A stretch of 32,000 nt of DNA from Nostoc sp. PCC 7120 = FACHB-418 (GTDB lineage Bacteria > Cyanobacteriota > Cyanobacteriia > Cyanobacteriales > Nostocaceae), in the NCBI RefSeq assembly GCF_000009705.1, contig NC_003272.1, positions 6,180,001 through 6,212,000 of the forward strand, written 5' to 3'. The position numbers and the translations under genes were made by a program. Under the pieces are notes generated by a model, which did not search any database, was not told where the DNA came from, and worked only from the letters and a program-made list of their open reading frames with translations. Below, piece after piece: positions 9,395 to 18,183 of the stretch; position 1 is the first letter of the stretch, and each line of letters opens with the position of its first letter.

Positions 9395-9510
9395 TAGACC
9401 TCTTGCAAAAGTTATAATTACAGCGTCCTTCTTTGCGTCTTTGCGCCTACCGCAAGCGGAACGCCAAGGGCGAATGCGCGAAACAAAAAAATATTTATGC
9501 AAGAGGTCTA
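9395..9510. mobile_element. MITE-like element or long hairpin with 13-bp perfect terminal inverted repeats TAGACCTCTTGCA
   Basis: Left arm 9395-9407 tagacctcttgca; right arm 9498-9510 tgcaagaggtcta, the exact reverse complement. The ~90-bp interior carries modules (ctttgcgtctttgcgc, ggaacgccaagggcgaa) that recur at 13580-13735. Confidence 0.4.
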
Positions 9511-9556
9511 TTAGTGGTGTAGTAAGTACCTCAGCAGATTAAGAAACGCTATATAA

Positions 9557-10537
9557 TTACGAATTACGAGTTATATTGAGTTGCTGTTCGCAGAGATTTA
9601 ATAATGGTTCGGTAAAAAGACGACGTTCTGGAAATAGGGTGCTGATGTGAATATGGCGGACTAAAGTTAGGGTAGTATAGGCTTGAATTGCGGGGAAAAA
9701 TTCGTTACCTGTAAGCTGAAGAAATCTTTTCGTGAGAATATTTTCATACTCTTGCAATGCTTGGCTATTACCAAAATTACGTAAGCTATATTCTTGTAGA
9801 TGAGCGATGAAATTACCGATATCAACTGCCGGATTACCTGCACAATATAAATCCAGATCAATCAGATACAAACGGGAATTATTAATAATCACTTGATCAG
9901 GATAAAAATCACGATGGATACCACAGGGTTTTGGTTCTGGTGTGTTTGCTCCTAAATCATCACTTGCTGCTAATATGCGTTCTAAACGTGATTGCCATTG
10001 TGGATATTGTTCCATAACTAATGGAATCCGTTCATGCAAAATTCGTAATTCATCTGACATCCTATGAGAACGACGAGGAATAATATTAGCTTGGTGCAAT
10101 TTATGAGCAGCTTCAGCAATAAGTTTTGCAGGTAAAATACCGTTAGTTTGTGAAAGCAGTTGAGTAGCAGTCACCCCCTCAACCTTACGCTGTAACCACA
10201 TTTGCCATTCAGGAATTATCCCTACAGGTTCAGGGACAGAAATCCCATCAGGACTATCATCACCAAATCCAGATTCCCAGAGAGATTTCTGTAACTCATA
10301 ACTATGGAAATCAGTTCCCTTAGCCCTCACCTTCCCAATTAAGGTAATGATTTCCCCAGCATCATCAATCAACTCATATTCAATCAAACAACGCCGCCCC
10401 AACTTATGACGAATCACCCGGACATTCTGCACACGACAATTTTTAGCTATTACCAAACACCCCTCAAAACACTCCTCCACCCGCACCCGATCAACCACAT
10501 CCGCCAAAAAAGGCATCTTCCCATCACTAAAATCCAT
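9557..10537 (-). CDS. aminoglycoside phosphotransferase (APH) / WaaP-like protein-kinase-fold kinase
   Basis: Kinase-fold catalytic segment ..CGIHRDFYPDQVIINNSRLYLIDLDLYCAGNPAVDIGNFIAHL.. (HRD-type catalytic loop plus a DLD metal-binding motif). The start is placed at ATG 10537 (MDFSDGKMPF..). The 7 extra codons of the track ORF (to 10558) are encoded by the CGCGGAGG repeat. Confidence 0.7.
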   Translation of the reverse strand: MDFSDGKMPFLADVVDRVRVEECFEGCLVIAKNCRVQNVRVIRHKLGRRCLIEYELIDDAGEIITLIGKVRAKGTDFHSYELQKSLWESGFGDDSPDGISVPEPVGIIPEWQMWLQRKVEGVTATQLLSQTNGILPAKLIAEAAHKLHQANIIPRRSHRMSDELRILHERIPLVMEQYPQWQSRLERILAASDDLGANTPEPKPCGIHRDFYPDQVIINNSRLYLIDLDLYCAGNPAVDIGNFIAHLQEYSLRNFGNSQALQEYENILTKRFLQLTGNEFFPAIQAYTTLTLVRHIHISTLFPERRLFTEPLLNLCEQQLNITRNS

Positions 10538-10545
10538 ACTCAGCG

Positions 10546-10580
10546 TACCTCCGCGCATACCTCCGCGCCCCTCCGCGTTA
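10546..10580. repeat. three CCTCCGCG octamers (reverse complement of CGCGGAGG) at 10-12 nt spacing
   Basis: cctccgcg at 10548, 10560 and 10570, in the spacer between the ABC stop and the kinase start. Confidence 0.8.
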
Positions 10581-10591
10581 AAAAACTCTCT

Positions 10592-12394
10592 CTAAACCCT
10601 CAAAGAAGCCTGCACCTCATACAAAGCCGCATAACGCCCATGTTTCCGCATCAACTCCAGATGAGAACCTTGTTCAGCTATCCGCCCATTTTCCAGATAA
10701 ATAATCATATCTGCGCGAGTAGCAAAATCAAGATCATGAGTAATCAAAAAAGTCGTGCGATTTGCTGACAACCTTTGCAAAGCATCAATTACAGCCTTCT
10801 CACTTTCCTTATCTAACCCCGTAGTAGGTTCATCTAAAATCAAGATAGGAGCTTGACGAATCGCCGCACGAGCGATCGCAATCCGTTGTCTTTGTCCCCC
10901 AGAAAGAGTCGAGCCTCTTTCCCCCACCAGGGTGTCATATCCTTGCGGTAAAGCTTGGATAAAATCATGAGCATGAGCTAAACGCGCCGCCTCTTCAATT
11001 TCCGCATCAGACACCCCAGCAATCCCGTAGGCAATATTTTCTTTAATACTGGCAGCAAACAAGAGACTATCTTGCAAAACTACACTAATTTGGGAACGGA
11101 ATGATGCCAATGTATACTCTCGAATATCCCGCCCATCAATCATCACCCGCCCAGATGTGGGATCATAAAGCCGTAATAAAAGACTGACTAACGTCGATTT
11201 ACCACCACCAGAAGTCCCTACTATCGCTACTTGCTGTCCCGATTGAATGTTTAAATTGATGTCTTCTAGTAGCACTCGTCCTGAGTTATATGCAAAGTGG
11301 ACGCGATCAAAACGCACCGCACCCCGGAAAATTGGGGCGGGGAAGGCTTCAGGTGAATCACTGATATCTGGTTTCTGATTTAACACATCTAAGATACGCT
11401 CACCAGAAGCCGCCGCTTTAGCGAGTCGTCCCGTGTATTTAGCCAAGTTCTGCACTGGCTTAAAGGCGTTCTTGAGGTAGGTAAGGAATACCAGCACATC
11501 CCCAGGGGTTAAAGCATCTCGCAGAGCCAACCAAGAGCCATACCATAAAATAATTGCTGTTCCCATTGCAATCACCCCATCTACAGTACGTTCCAAGTGA
11601 GCCGCCAGCCGTTGGGTTTTGACGCTTTCTTTCAGACTACTTTGATTTTGTTGAGCAAATACTCGCGCAAAAGCATCCTGTAGGGAGAGGGCTTTGACTA
11701 ATTTAATCGCCGCAATCGATTCAGCCGCCGTTGCTGCTACAGCCCCCTCTTGTTGACGTTGCTTTAATGAGGAATCTTTGATGCGCTGGCTGAGTCGGTT
11801 AGTGACTAACCAAAAGAACGGTAGTGTGATTAATGACAGCAGGGTGAGGCTACGATTCATCCAGAACATCACCCCAATCATGCCAAATAGAGAGAGAATG
11901 CTGACTACTAGCGGTAATGCTGCCGTAATCATGATTTCTTGAAGACGACTAGCATCGCTACTGACACGGATAATTAAATCACCGCTACGGGCTTTGGTGT
12001 GATAAGCCAAAGATAAATTTTGCAGATGACAATATAAACGATTCCGCACCTTCGCCATGACTCGGCTACCGACTATAGCTAATCCTACAGTACTCCCATA
12101 GGCAGCCAGGGCGCGTAAGCCTGTAATAATTAAGACTGCAACGGCTGAGAATGTCAGTAATGTGATTGGTTCTAGATTAGCTATGAGGGGAACAGTATTG
12201 AGCCTTTCGCCGCGCAGCAGAACGTAATCAAAGACAAACTTGAGTGGCCAAGGTTCTAATACTCTCAGTCCGACATCTGCAATTAAAGCGATCGCCGAAA
12301 CTAAAAGTAATCCATACTGGGGACGAATATCAGGCCAGAAATAAGCCAGCACTCCCCACAAACCGGGAACAGCTGATTTTTTGGGTTTTAGCAT
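10592..12394 (-). CDS. MsbA/PglK-type ABC exporter, fused 6-TM permease + ATPase (half transporter)
   Basis: 600 aa with an N-terminal ABC_membrane domain. Walker A GTSGGGKST, Q-loop, signature LSGGQRQRIAIARA, Walker B ILILDEPTTGLD and H-loop TFLITHDL are all present. The start ATG directly abuts the TAA stop of the upstream GT4. Confidence 0.9.
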   Translation of the reverse strand: MLKPKKSAVPGLWGVLAYFWPDIRPQYGLLLVSAIALIADVGLRVLEPWPLKFVFDYVLLRGERLNTVPLIANLEPITLLTFSAVAVLIITGLRALAAYGSTVGLAIVGSRVMAKVRNRLYCHLQNLSLAYHTKARSGDLIIRVSSDASRLQEIMITAALPLVVSILSLFGMIGVMFWMNRSLTLLSLITLPFFWLVTNRLSQRIKDSSLKQRQQEGAVAATAAESIAAIKLVKALSLQDAFARVFAQQNQSSLKESVKTQRLAAHLERTVDGVIAMGTAIILWYGSWLALRDALTPGDVLVFLTYLKNAFKPVQNLAKYTGRLAKAAASGERILDVLNQKPDISDSPEAFPAPIFRGAVRFDRVHFAYNSGRVLLEDINLNIQSGQQVAIVGTSGGGKSTLVSLLLRLYDPTSGRVMIDGRDIREYTLASFRSQISVVLQDSLLFAASIKENIAYGIAGVSDAEIEEAARLAHAHDFIQALPQGYDTLVGERGSTLSGGQRQRIAIARAAIRQAPILILDEPTTGLDKESEKAVIDALQRLSANRTTFLITHDLDFATRADMIIYLENGRIAEQGSHLELMRKHGRYAALYEVQASLRV

Positions 12395-13555
12395 TTATAG
12401 TTTCACCTCCACTGGTAATGGAGACGCTAGATGCAGAATTTGCCCTGCGATCGCATCCCAAGTATGATGAGCTATCACGGTTTCTCGCGCCGCTTGTCCT
12501 AAACTGTGACGCAGATTAGGCGATCGCCATAATTGTTCTAATGTGTCAGCTAAGGCGATCGCATCACCAGGAGGGCAAAGCATACCATTCACCCCCGGAT
12601 CAATTAAGTCTGCCAATTGTCCAATCTGACTAACAACTACAGGTAAACCAGCCGCCATATATTCATACACCTTCAACGGCGAGAAGTAAAAATCAGATTG
12701 TGCGGCGTAGGGTGCAACAGCCACATCCATTGCAGCTAATAACTGAGGAATTTCATCAGGATTCACCGCACCAGTGAATTGAGTATGAGCATCTAGTCCC
12801 CGTGCAGCTAATTCAGCTTCCAGATTTTCCCGTTCAGGGCCATCACCAACGATCAAAAGTTTGGCATGGGGAACACGTTGATGCAGTAAACTAAAAGCTT
12901 CCGTCAGGATGGGCAATCCATGCCAAGGTTTCAGAGTACCGACAAAACCCACCGTAAAACTATCTGATTGACTTGCAGAACGCCGATGAGAAAAGCGGTG
13001 AGGATTCACACCATTAGGAATCACATGAACCTTGCTACCATCCACATAATCCAGCAAGTAACTTTTCACCGCATCGGAAACAGCAATCAATCCTGTAGCG
13101 GCGGAAAACACCCGACGCGCCACCGCTTCCGCGCCTTCACGATCAATTAAACCCCGATGCTGTGCCTGTTCGATAATCAGAGGCGAATTCACCTCCAACA
13201 AACCAGGAATTCCCCTATCTTGGGCATATTCCATCGCGCCATAACTCCAAAGAGAATAACGCTCATAAATCAAATCAAAAGAGCCAAACTTCTCCAAACT
13301 CAACCGTAAATCAGGATTCATTCCCAAAGCAACCTGCTCTCGCTGCGATCGTTCTAACTTAGGAACAGGTGGAAGTTGATGCACCACCACATCAGCCAAA
13401 TCCGCCGGTAACTCTCCCCCAATCCGAGTAGCAAACAGTGTAACTTGTCCACCTTGTCCTTTTAAAGCCCGGATCACCTCCTGCACATGAATAGAGCAAC
13501 CCTTCTGCCCAAAAACAGGAATCCCCGCATCAGCACAAATATAAGCAACTCTCAC
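12395..13555 (-). CDS. GT4-family (GT-B fold) glycosyltransferase
   Basis: 386 aa. N-terminus MRVAYICADAGIPVFGQKGCSIHVQE (Glyco_trans_4-like). C-terminal Glycos_transf_1 with ..LLIVGDGPE..F.G.V......L..MDVAVAPY....FYFSPLKVYEYMAAGLPVVVS..G....I..G.NG.. (EX7E-type motif). Confidence 0.9.
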   Translation of the reverse strand: MRVAYICADAGIPVFGQKGCSIHVQEVIRALKGQGGQVTLFATRIGGELPADLADVVVHQLPPVPKLERSQREQVALGMNPDLRLSLEKFGSFDLIYERYSLWSYGAMEYAQDRGIPGLLEVNSPLIIEQAQHRGLIDREGAEAVARRVFSAATGLIAVSDAVKSYLLDYVDGSKVHVIPNGVNPHRFSHRRSASQSDSFTVGFVGTLKPWHGLPILTEAFSLLHQRVPHAKLLIVGDGPERENLEAELAARGLDAHTQFTGAVNPDEIPQLLAAMDVAVAPYAAQSDFYFSPLKVYEYMAAGLPVVVSQIGQLADLIDPGVNGMLCPPGDAIALADTLEQLWRSPNLRHSLGQAARETVIAHHTWDAIAGQILHLASPLPVEVKL

Positions 13556-13579
13556 CCTTCACACCTCCTAAAATCAATT

Positions 13580-13735
13580 CAAAATACCCTACGGGAACGC
13601 CAAGGGCGAACAAAATTCAAAATTTAAGCAGCCTGATATCACAAGGGTTTGAGGACGTGTATCGATAGCATTCTTTTTTCAACTGGTATAAACCTTTGCC
13701 TTTTCCTTTGCGTCTTTGCGCGACGGACACTTTGC
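13580..13735. repeat. dispersed GC-rich intergenic repeat modules shared with 9421-9480 and 7650-7720
   Basis: ggaacgccaagggcgaa (13586-13602) and ctttgcgtctttgcgc (~13701-13716) are identical to modules at 9459-9475 and 9431-9446 but in the opposite order. The module ggaacgcca also occurs at ~7668. Confidence 0.6.
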
Positions 13736-14998
13736 TCAAGTCGGGAGACCCGCCCACGCAAGTGTCCTCCTCTGCGTGAGAAATAACTCCCTCAAAACTC
13801 GCGTATTACGACAAATATCAAACTCAGACTCAATCAAACTCCTAGCCTGAGTAGACAACCTCACTCGCAAAGCTGGATCTTTCAGAAGTTTTCCAAGCGC
13901 AGTGGCTAATTCTTCCGCATCATATTGTGGGACAATCAACCCAGTTTCCCCATCACACACAACTTCAGGGATACCCGTCACCACCGTACTTACACAGGGA
14001 GTTCCCAGAGCCATCGCTTCCAGTAAAACCGTAGGTAATCCATCCCGATTACCATCTTTCCCAATCACATAAGGCGCAGCAAACACAGCCGATTGTTGTA
14101 CTAATTGAAACACCTCATTTTGAGGACGAGGGCCGATAATTTCCACACAAGATTGCAATCCCAAATCTATAATTTGCCGACGCAAGGGAAACTCTAAAGA
14201 ACCAGTACCCACAATTTGACACTGAAACTCATAATTTCTCTGCTTGAGAATTGCACAAGCATCAATGAGAACAGATAGCCCTTTCTTCTCAATTAACCGA
14301 CCAACTGAAATAATTAATGGTGGACGTTCCGCCGGAGAAGAATATTGTAATTGTCGTAAATCTAAACCGTTATAGATGCGTTGGACTTGGTTTGCAGCTA
14401 GGTTATATGTTTTTTGCAGATATTTGACATTGTAGTTACTGACAGTCACCACACTAGCCGCATCTTTTAGCTTACGTTCCATGTCCGCAAATTCCACGCT
14501 TTCATGAAAGATATCTTTAGCGTGAGCAGTGAAAGTATAGGGAACGCCTGTAAAGTGCGATGCTAGGCGAGCTACACTAGTGGCTACAGTGCCAAAATGA
14601 GCGTGTAAATGGGTGATACCTTTGAGCTTGACTTCTCGTGCTAACCATGCGGCTTGGTAGACAGTGCTGGCTTTTTCCCCTTGAGCAAATGCCAATTTTG
14701 ACCAAAAATCAGGGATAGCTTTACTGGCTTCTTGTAATTCTGCCCAGAAATAACTAGCGGCTGTTGGTGCAAGACTATTGAGGGAATCGCTCACCCGTCC
14801 TTGGAGTGGCTTGCGAATGTAAGTGACAGGTGCGCGCACTTGGGAAATAATATTTTGAAAGTGTGTGTCTGATGGTGGTCTTAAAGCGAAAATTTTTATA
14901 TCTAAGCCAGCCGCTTCATGAGCTAAAATTTCATTGACGACAAAGGTTTCAGAATAGCGGGGATAACGTTTGAGGACGTAAGCGACGGACATGGGCAT
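13736..14998 (-). CDS. GT4-family (GT-B fold) glycosyltransferase
   Basis: 420 aa. N-terminus ..VAYVLKRYPRYSETFVVNEI.. Glycos_transf_1 C-domain ..IISVGRLIEKKG......A...L........C.IVGTG.......I.DLGL...VEI.G.........QQSAVFAAPYV.G.DGNRDGLPTVLLEAMALGTPCVST...GIPEVV..GETGLIV.. The last ~12 codons run into the dispersed repeat. Confidence 0.85.
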   Translation of the reverse strand: MPMSVAYVLKRYPRYSETFVVNEILAHEAAGLDIKIFALRPPSDTHFQNIISQVRAPVTYIRKPLQGRVSDSLNSLAPTAASYFWAELQEASKAIPDFWSKLAFAQGEKASTVYQAAWLAREVKLKGITHLHAHFGTVATSVARLASHFTGVPYTFTAHAKDIFHESVEFADMERKLKDAASVVTVSNYNVKYLQKTYNLAANQVQRIYNGLDLRQLQYSSPAERPPLIISVGRLIEKKGLSVLIDACAILKQRNYEFQCQIVGTGSLEFPLRRQIIDLGLQSCVEIIGPRPQNEVFQLVQQSAVFAAPYVIGKDGNRDGLPTVLLEAMALGTPCVSTVVTGIPEVVCDGETGLIVPQYDAEELATALGKLLKDPALRVRLSTQARSLIESEFDICRNTRVLRELFLTQRRTLAWAGLPT

Positions 14999-15001
14999 AT
15001 T

Positions 15002-15029
15002 TGTTAACTGTTGACTTATGACTGTTGAT
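15002..15029. repeat. degenerate heptamer tandem repeat (TGTTAAC TGTTGAC TTATGAC TGTTGAT)
   Basis: Read directly in the 34-nt spacer between two minus-strand GT genes. It shares the GTTGAC/GTCAAC core with the repeats at 1875 and 24645. Confidence 0.7.
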
Positions 15030-15032
15030 TAT

Positions 15033-16304
15033 TTAAGAAGCTTTTGCGTGTGGGGGTTCTTGATGAGCAGACATGAGGATTTCATGGACGAATTGGGGAA
15101 TGCGGGTTAGTCCTTTGAGATCGACGTATTTACGGACTGGTGGTGGTTCAATGTCAAGCTTTAGCCAGTCGGTTAATGCAGCCGATGTTAATTTATCTGG
15201 GTGTAGAAAATCAATTAAGCCTAGTTTTTTTAATCGTTCAGCCCGAATTAATTGTTCTTTTCGGGGTTTGACGCGGGGTAAAATAAGCGATCGCTTACCA
15301 AATGACAACAATTCACAAGTGGTATTGTAACCACCCATTGCAATCACGCGTTCGGCTTGATGGAGTAACATTGTCGGCTCGGCTAAATATTCCAACACGC
15401 GCAAATTATCACGTTGCGCTGCATAGTTCTGGAGTTTTTGCCTGACTTCTCGCGGCATGAAGGGGCCTGTTAGGATTATACCATTCATCCCTGGTGGTAG
15501 TTCCGCATGGGCAAAGGTTTCTGCTAACTGCGCTCCGTCTTGTCCACCACCTACTAGGCATAATACTAGGCGTTCAGATGGTAGATTGAGGGATTTAAAT
15601 GATTGAACGGTGTCTAAATTTAGATATTTGAGGCGGTTGCGTTGGTCAAGATAGCCTGTGTAGCGGAATTTGGCGGCGGTTTTTGGCTGGAAGTGATATT
15701 CTTTGGCTAGGTCATAGATGTTGCGATCGCCATACACCCAAACTTGATCATAATAGGTTTGAATCGCTTCTTCATTGGCTGCTCGTTTCCAATCTCGACG
15801 CACGGAAGCGGGTTCATCTAAGATATCGCGCAAACCCAGTATGCAATGGGTTCTACCTTCCCTACGCAAGTATTCTAAGGTGGGATCTAGTTCTCTGACT
15901 GCGCCCCGTGGGACATTATCCACAATCAAGATATCCGGTTTAAAGGTTTTTATCGTTGCGAGGATAACTTGCGATCGCAATGCAATAATTTCCTGCAATG
16001 ATAGATCCAGTTTCCTGGCTTGATATTGCCCATCAATGTTTTTATGCAGAGATGGAAGAGTCAAACAATCTACCCCTGGTGGTGTTGGTAAATTGCTGGC
16101 ATCTGGAATGCCACTAATCATTAAAATATCAGTTTGTAGGGGTGAAAATCCTAAAGTTTGGGCAATCAATAAATTACGGCGTTTGTGTCCTAAACCCATT
16201 GTGTCGTGGGAATACAACGCAATACGGCATTTGCAAGCCTCATGAGACGTGATTCTAGCCGATGTTCTGGCGATGATTCTAGAGTGGGGTAACAATTTGT
16301 TCAT
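15033..16304 (-). CDS. MurG-like GT-B glycosyltransferase (Glyco_tran_28_C / COG4671-type predicted glycosyltransferase)
   Basis: 423 aa. The N-terminal motif IALYSHDTMGLGHKRRNLLIAQ is shared by the two downstream paralogs. C-terminal ..LVGGGQDG......F......(P)....ILTGP.MP.........A......V.EY......LL..AE.VI.MGGYNTTCE.LS..K..L..PR..PR.EQLIRA.RL..LGL resembles the MurG C-domain. The family assignment is from memory of this motif pattern. Confidence 0.7.
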   Translation of the reverse strand: MNKLLPHSRIIARTSARITSHEACKCRIALYSHDTMGLGHKRRNLLIAQTLGFSPLQTDILMISGIPDASNLPTPPGVDCLTLPSLHKNIDGQYQARKLDLSLQEIIALRSQVILATIKTFKPDILIVDNVPRGAVRELDPTLEYLRREGRTHCILGLRDILDEPASVRRDWKRAANEEAIQTYYDQVWVYGDRNIYDLAKEYHFQPKTAAKFRYTGYLDQRNRLKYLNLDTVQSFKSLNLPSERLVLCLVGGGQDGAQLAETFAHAELPPGMNGIILTGPFMPREVRQKLQNYAAQRDNLRVLEYLAEPTMLLHQAERVIAMGGYNTTCELLSFGKRSLILPRVKPRKEQLIRAERLKKLGLIDFLHPDKLTSAALTDWLKLDIEPPPVRKYVDLKGLTRIPQFVHEILMSAHQEPPHAKAS

Positions 16305-16718
16305 TTGTACTCCTGACTAATTTTTAACACGGTATCTAATCTAGTTTTTATCTAGCAATCCGCAATGATTCATGGGAACACACTACATAGATGACATTGA
16401 GGACAGTCAACTACCCTTATACATATAAAAAGTCAGCCATTAAGTAGAGATACTGAGGTACTAGTTTAACAAGTTAAAAATAGTACTAACAATAATTTAT
16501 TTGCCAATCAGCTTGGGGAGCAGAAATATAACAAATCTCGATGAATTGCAAGTAGAATATTGGTAGATTTATCTCTGCCTACAAACTACTTGATTCCTGA
16601 TCTTTCTGCTCTTTAAATTGGCTGGTTTCTCTACATAAGTAAATTCCTACTGAGTCGTACTTAACCTTGAATTAATGTTAGTTTAACCCGCAGTTTATGA
16701 AATCTTAATGAATAAAAG

Positions 16719-16740
16719 ATGAGAAAATTCTTATGAAAAC
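16719..16740 (+). promoter_or_regulatory. degenerate third copy of the ATGAGAA-NN-TTCTYAT-GAAAA motif
   Basis: atgagaaaattcttatgaaaac, about 120 nt upstream of the better copy at 16841. Confidence 0.25.
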
Positions 16741-16840
16741 ATCTGTGGATTTCAAATATTGCCTGTTCGTTTCATCTAAAAATATTGATATATGCCTTAT
16801 CTGGGCGGTAAAAATACTTGCGTATCAGCCTAACAGCTTG

Positions 16841-16867
16841 ATGAGAACCTTCTCATGAAAATTTCAT
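16841..16867 (+). promoter_or_regulatory. candidate response-regulator binding site in the divergent glyco-cluster promoter region (ATGAGAA-CC-TTCTCAT-GAAAA-TTTCAT)
   Basis: 25 of 29 positions are identical to 5204-5232. The palindrome is the same and TCTCAT/TTTCAT have the same 11-nt phasing. It lies about 95 nt upstream of the ATG at 16963. Confidence 0.35.
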
Positions 16868-16962
16868 AAGGGATTAATATAATTCAGTAATTATGTGTAT
16901 TAGCAAGGAAACATCAAACAAATGTTTCTGCCATACATATCCCAACTTAATTGGTAACAATT

Positions 16963-18183
16963 ATGCGAATGCTGGTGTATTCCCATGACGCATACGGGCT
17001 TGGTAATATCCGCAGAATGTTAGCTATTTGCGAACATTTGCTGCAAGAAATTCCTGAACTCTCAATTTTATTGCTTTCAGGTTCACCCATGTTACAGGGA
17101 TTTCGCTTACCTAAAGGTCTAGATTATATCAAATTGCCTTGTTTGAATAGAGGCTCAAGTGGTGAAGTTGCGGTAAAGTATTTGGGGATGGGGGTGGAAG
17201 AGACGGTAAGATTGCGATCGCAATTGATTCTCTCTGCGGCGATTAACTTTCAACCAGACTTATTCCTGGTAGATAAGAAACCTTATGGTCTTAAAAATGA
17301 ATTAGCTGACACGATTCATTATTTCCATCACAAACTTCCTCAAAGCAAGCTGGTGCTTTTACTGCGCGATATTCTCGACTCACCAGAAGTAACCATCGCT
17401 GATTGGCGCAAAAACGGCTACTATACAGCTATAGAAAGATTTTACCATCAAGTTTTAATAGTTGGAACACCAGAAGTTTTTGATCCGGTAACAGAATATC
17501 AGTTCTGTCATGTCATCAACCGCAAAACTCGTTATTGCGGCTATATGGGACGTAAACCAGGACTAAAATCACCTAAACAGATTCGAGACGAATTGCAAGT
17601 ATCACCAGAGGAGAAGTTGATTTTAGTAACTCCCGGTGGCGGTGAAGATGGCTATGAATTAGTTGCTACTTATCTTGCTGCTATTAACTTATTAGCAGAA
17701 GCAAATCGCTACAAAAGTTTGATTATTTCTGGCCCCGAAATGCCTATCACTCAAAAACAACAGATTCTTGATGTAGCAGAAAAGAATCCTCAAGTGCAGG
17801 TGAGAGAATTTACAGACGATTTAATGAGTTATATCCAAGCAGCAGATACTATAGTTTCGATGGCTGGTTATAACACAGTTTGCGAGATTATATGTGCCAA
17901 TAAACCTGCGGTCATCATCCCCCGTTCGCACCCATCTAAGGAGCAGTTAATTCGCGCTCAACGCATGGCTGAGTTAGATTTGTTTTCAGTAATTACTCCA
18001 GAGAATTTACAGCCATCAACATTGCAAAAAGCTCTCGTTAATCATTTACCTGTGTCTCCAGTCAAACTGAATATGGAGGGTTTGGATAAACTCAAATCTT
18101 ACATTGCTTTGCTGTTAACTCAAACAAGTTGTGAACGGCTATTTAACTATGAAAAAGATCATGTTTTATTGCCAGTACCTTAG
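16963..18183 (+). CDS. MurG-like GT-B glycosyltransferase (COG4671-type), paralog 2
   Basis: MRMLVYSHDAYGLGNIRRMLAICEHL.. N-motif. ..VTPGGGEDG... and ..VSMAGYNTVCEI....PAVIIPR..P..EQLIRAQRM.. C-motifs match the divergently encoded paralog. The ATG at 16963 is preferred over the TTG at 16951. Confidence 0.75.
   Translation: MRMLVYSHDAYGLGNIRRMLAICEHLLQEIPELSILLLSGSPMLQGFRLPKGLDYIKLPCLNRGSSGEVAVKYLGMGVEETVRLRSQLILSAAINFQPDLFLVDKKPYGLKNELADTIHYFHHKLPQSKLVLLLRDILDSPEVTIADWRKNGYYTAIERFYHQVLIVGTPEVFDPVTEYQFCHVINRKTRYCGYMGRKPGLKSPKQIRDELQVSPEEKLILVTPGGGEDGYELVATYLAAINLLAEANRYKSLIISGPEMPITQKQQILDVAEKNPQVQVREFTDDLMSYIQAADTIVSMAGYNTVCEIICANKPAVIIPRSHPSKEQLIRAQRMAELDLFSVITPENLQPSTLQKALVNHLPVSPVKLNMEGLDKLKSYIALLLTQTSCERLFNYEKDHVLLPVP

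Noticed and set aside
9320-9502. 60-aa minus-strand ORF
   Set aside because: It is composed entirely of the GC-rich tandem repeat and the MITE-like element, giving an Arg/Ala/Lys-rich translation typical of repeat-derived ORFs.
1545-9861. Short antisense ORFs inside mgtE, the oxidoreductase, TVP38, RR, HK, porin and kinase genes
   Set aside because: The ORFs are 1545-1739, 2854-3327, 3042-3239, 3752-3979, 5014-5205, 6435-6626, 6780-7037, 8625-8936 and 9667-9861. All are nested within genes that have strong family motifs, so they are shadow frames.
10406-10768. 120-aa plus-strand ORF bridging the kinase and ABC genes
   Set aside because: It is antisense to two well-supported minus-strand genes and the repeat spacer, with His/Pro/Thr-rich low-complexity content.
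16305-16950. NtcA (GTA-N8-TAC) site or hidden small gene or tRNA in the long divergent spacer
   Set aside because: A manual scan found GTA...TAC only with the wrong spacing (N4, N6). No tRNA-like cloverleaf and no ORF of meaningful length were found.
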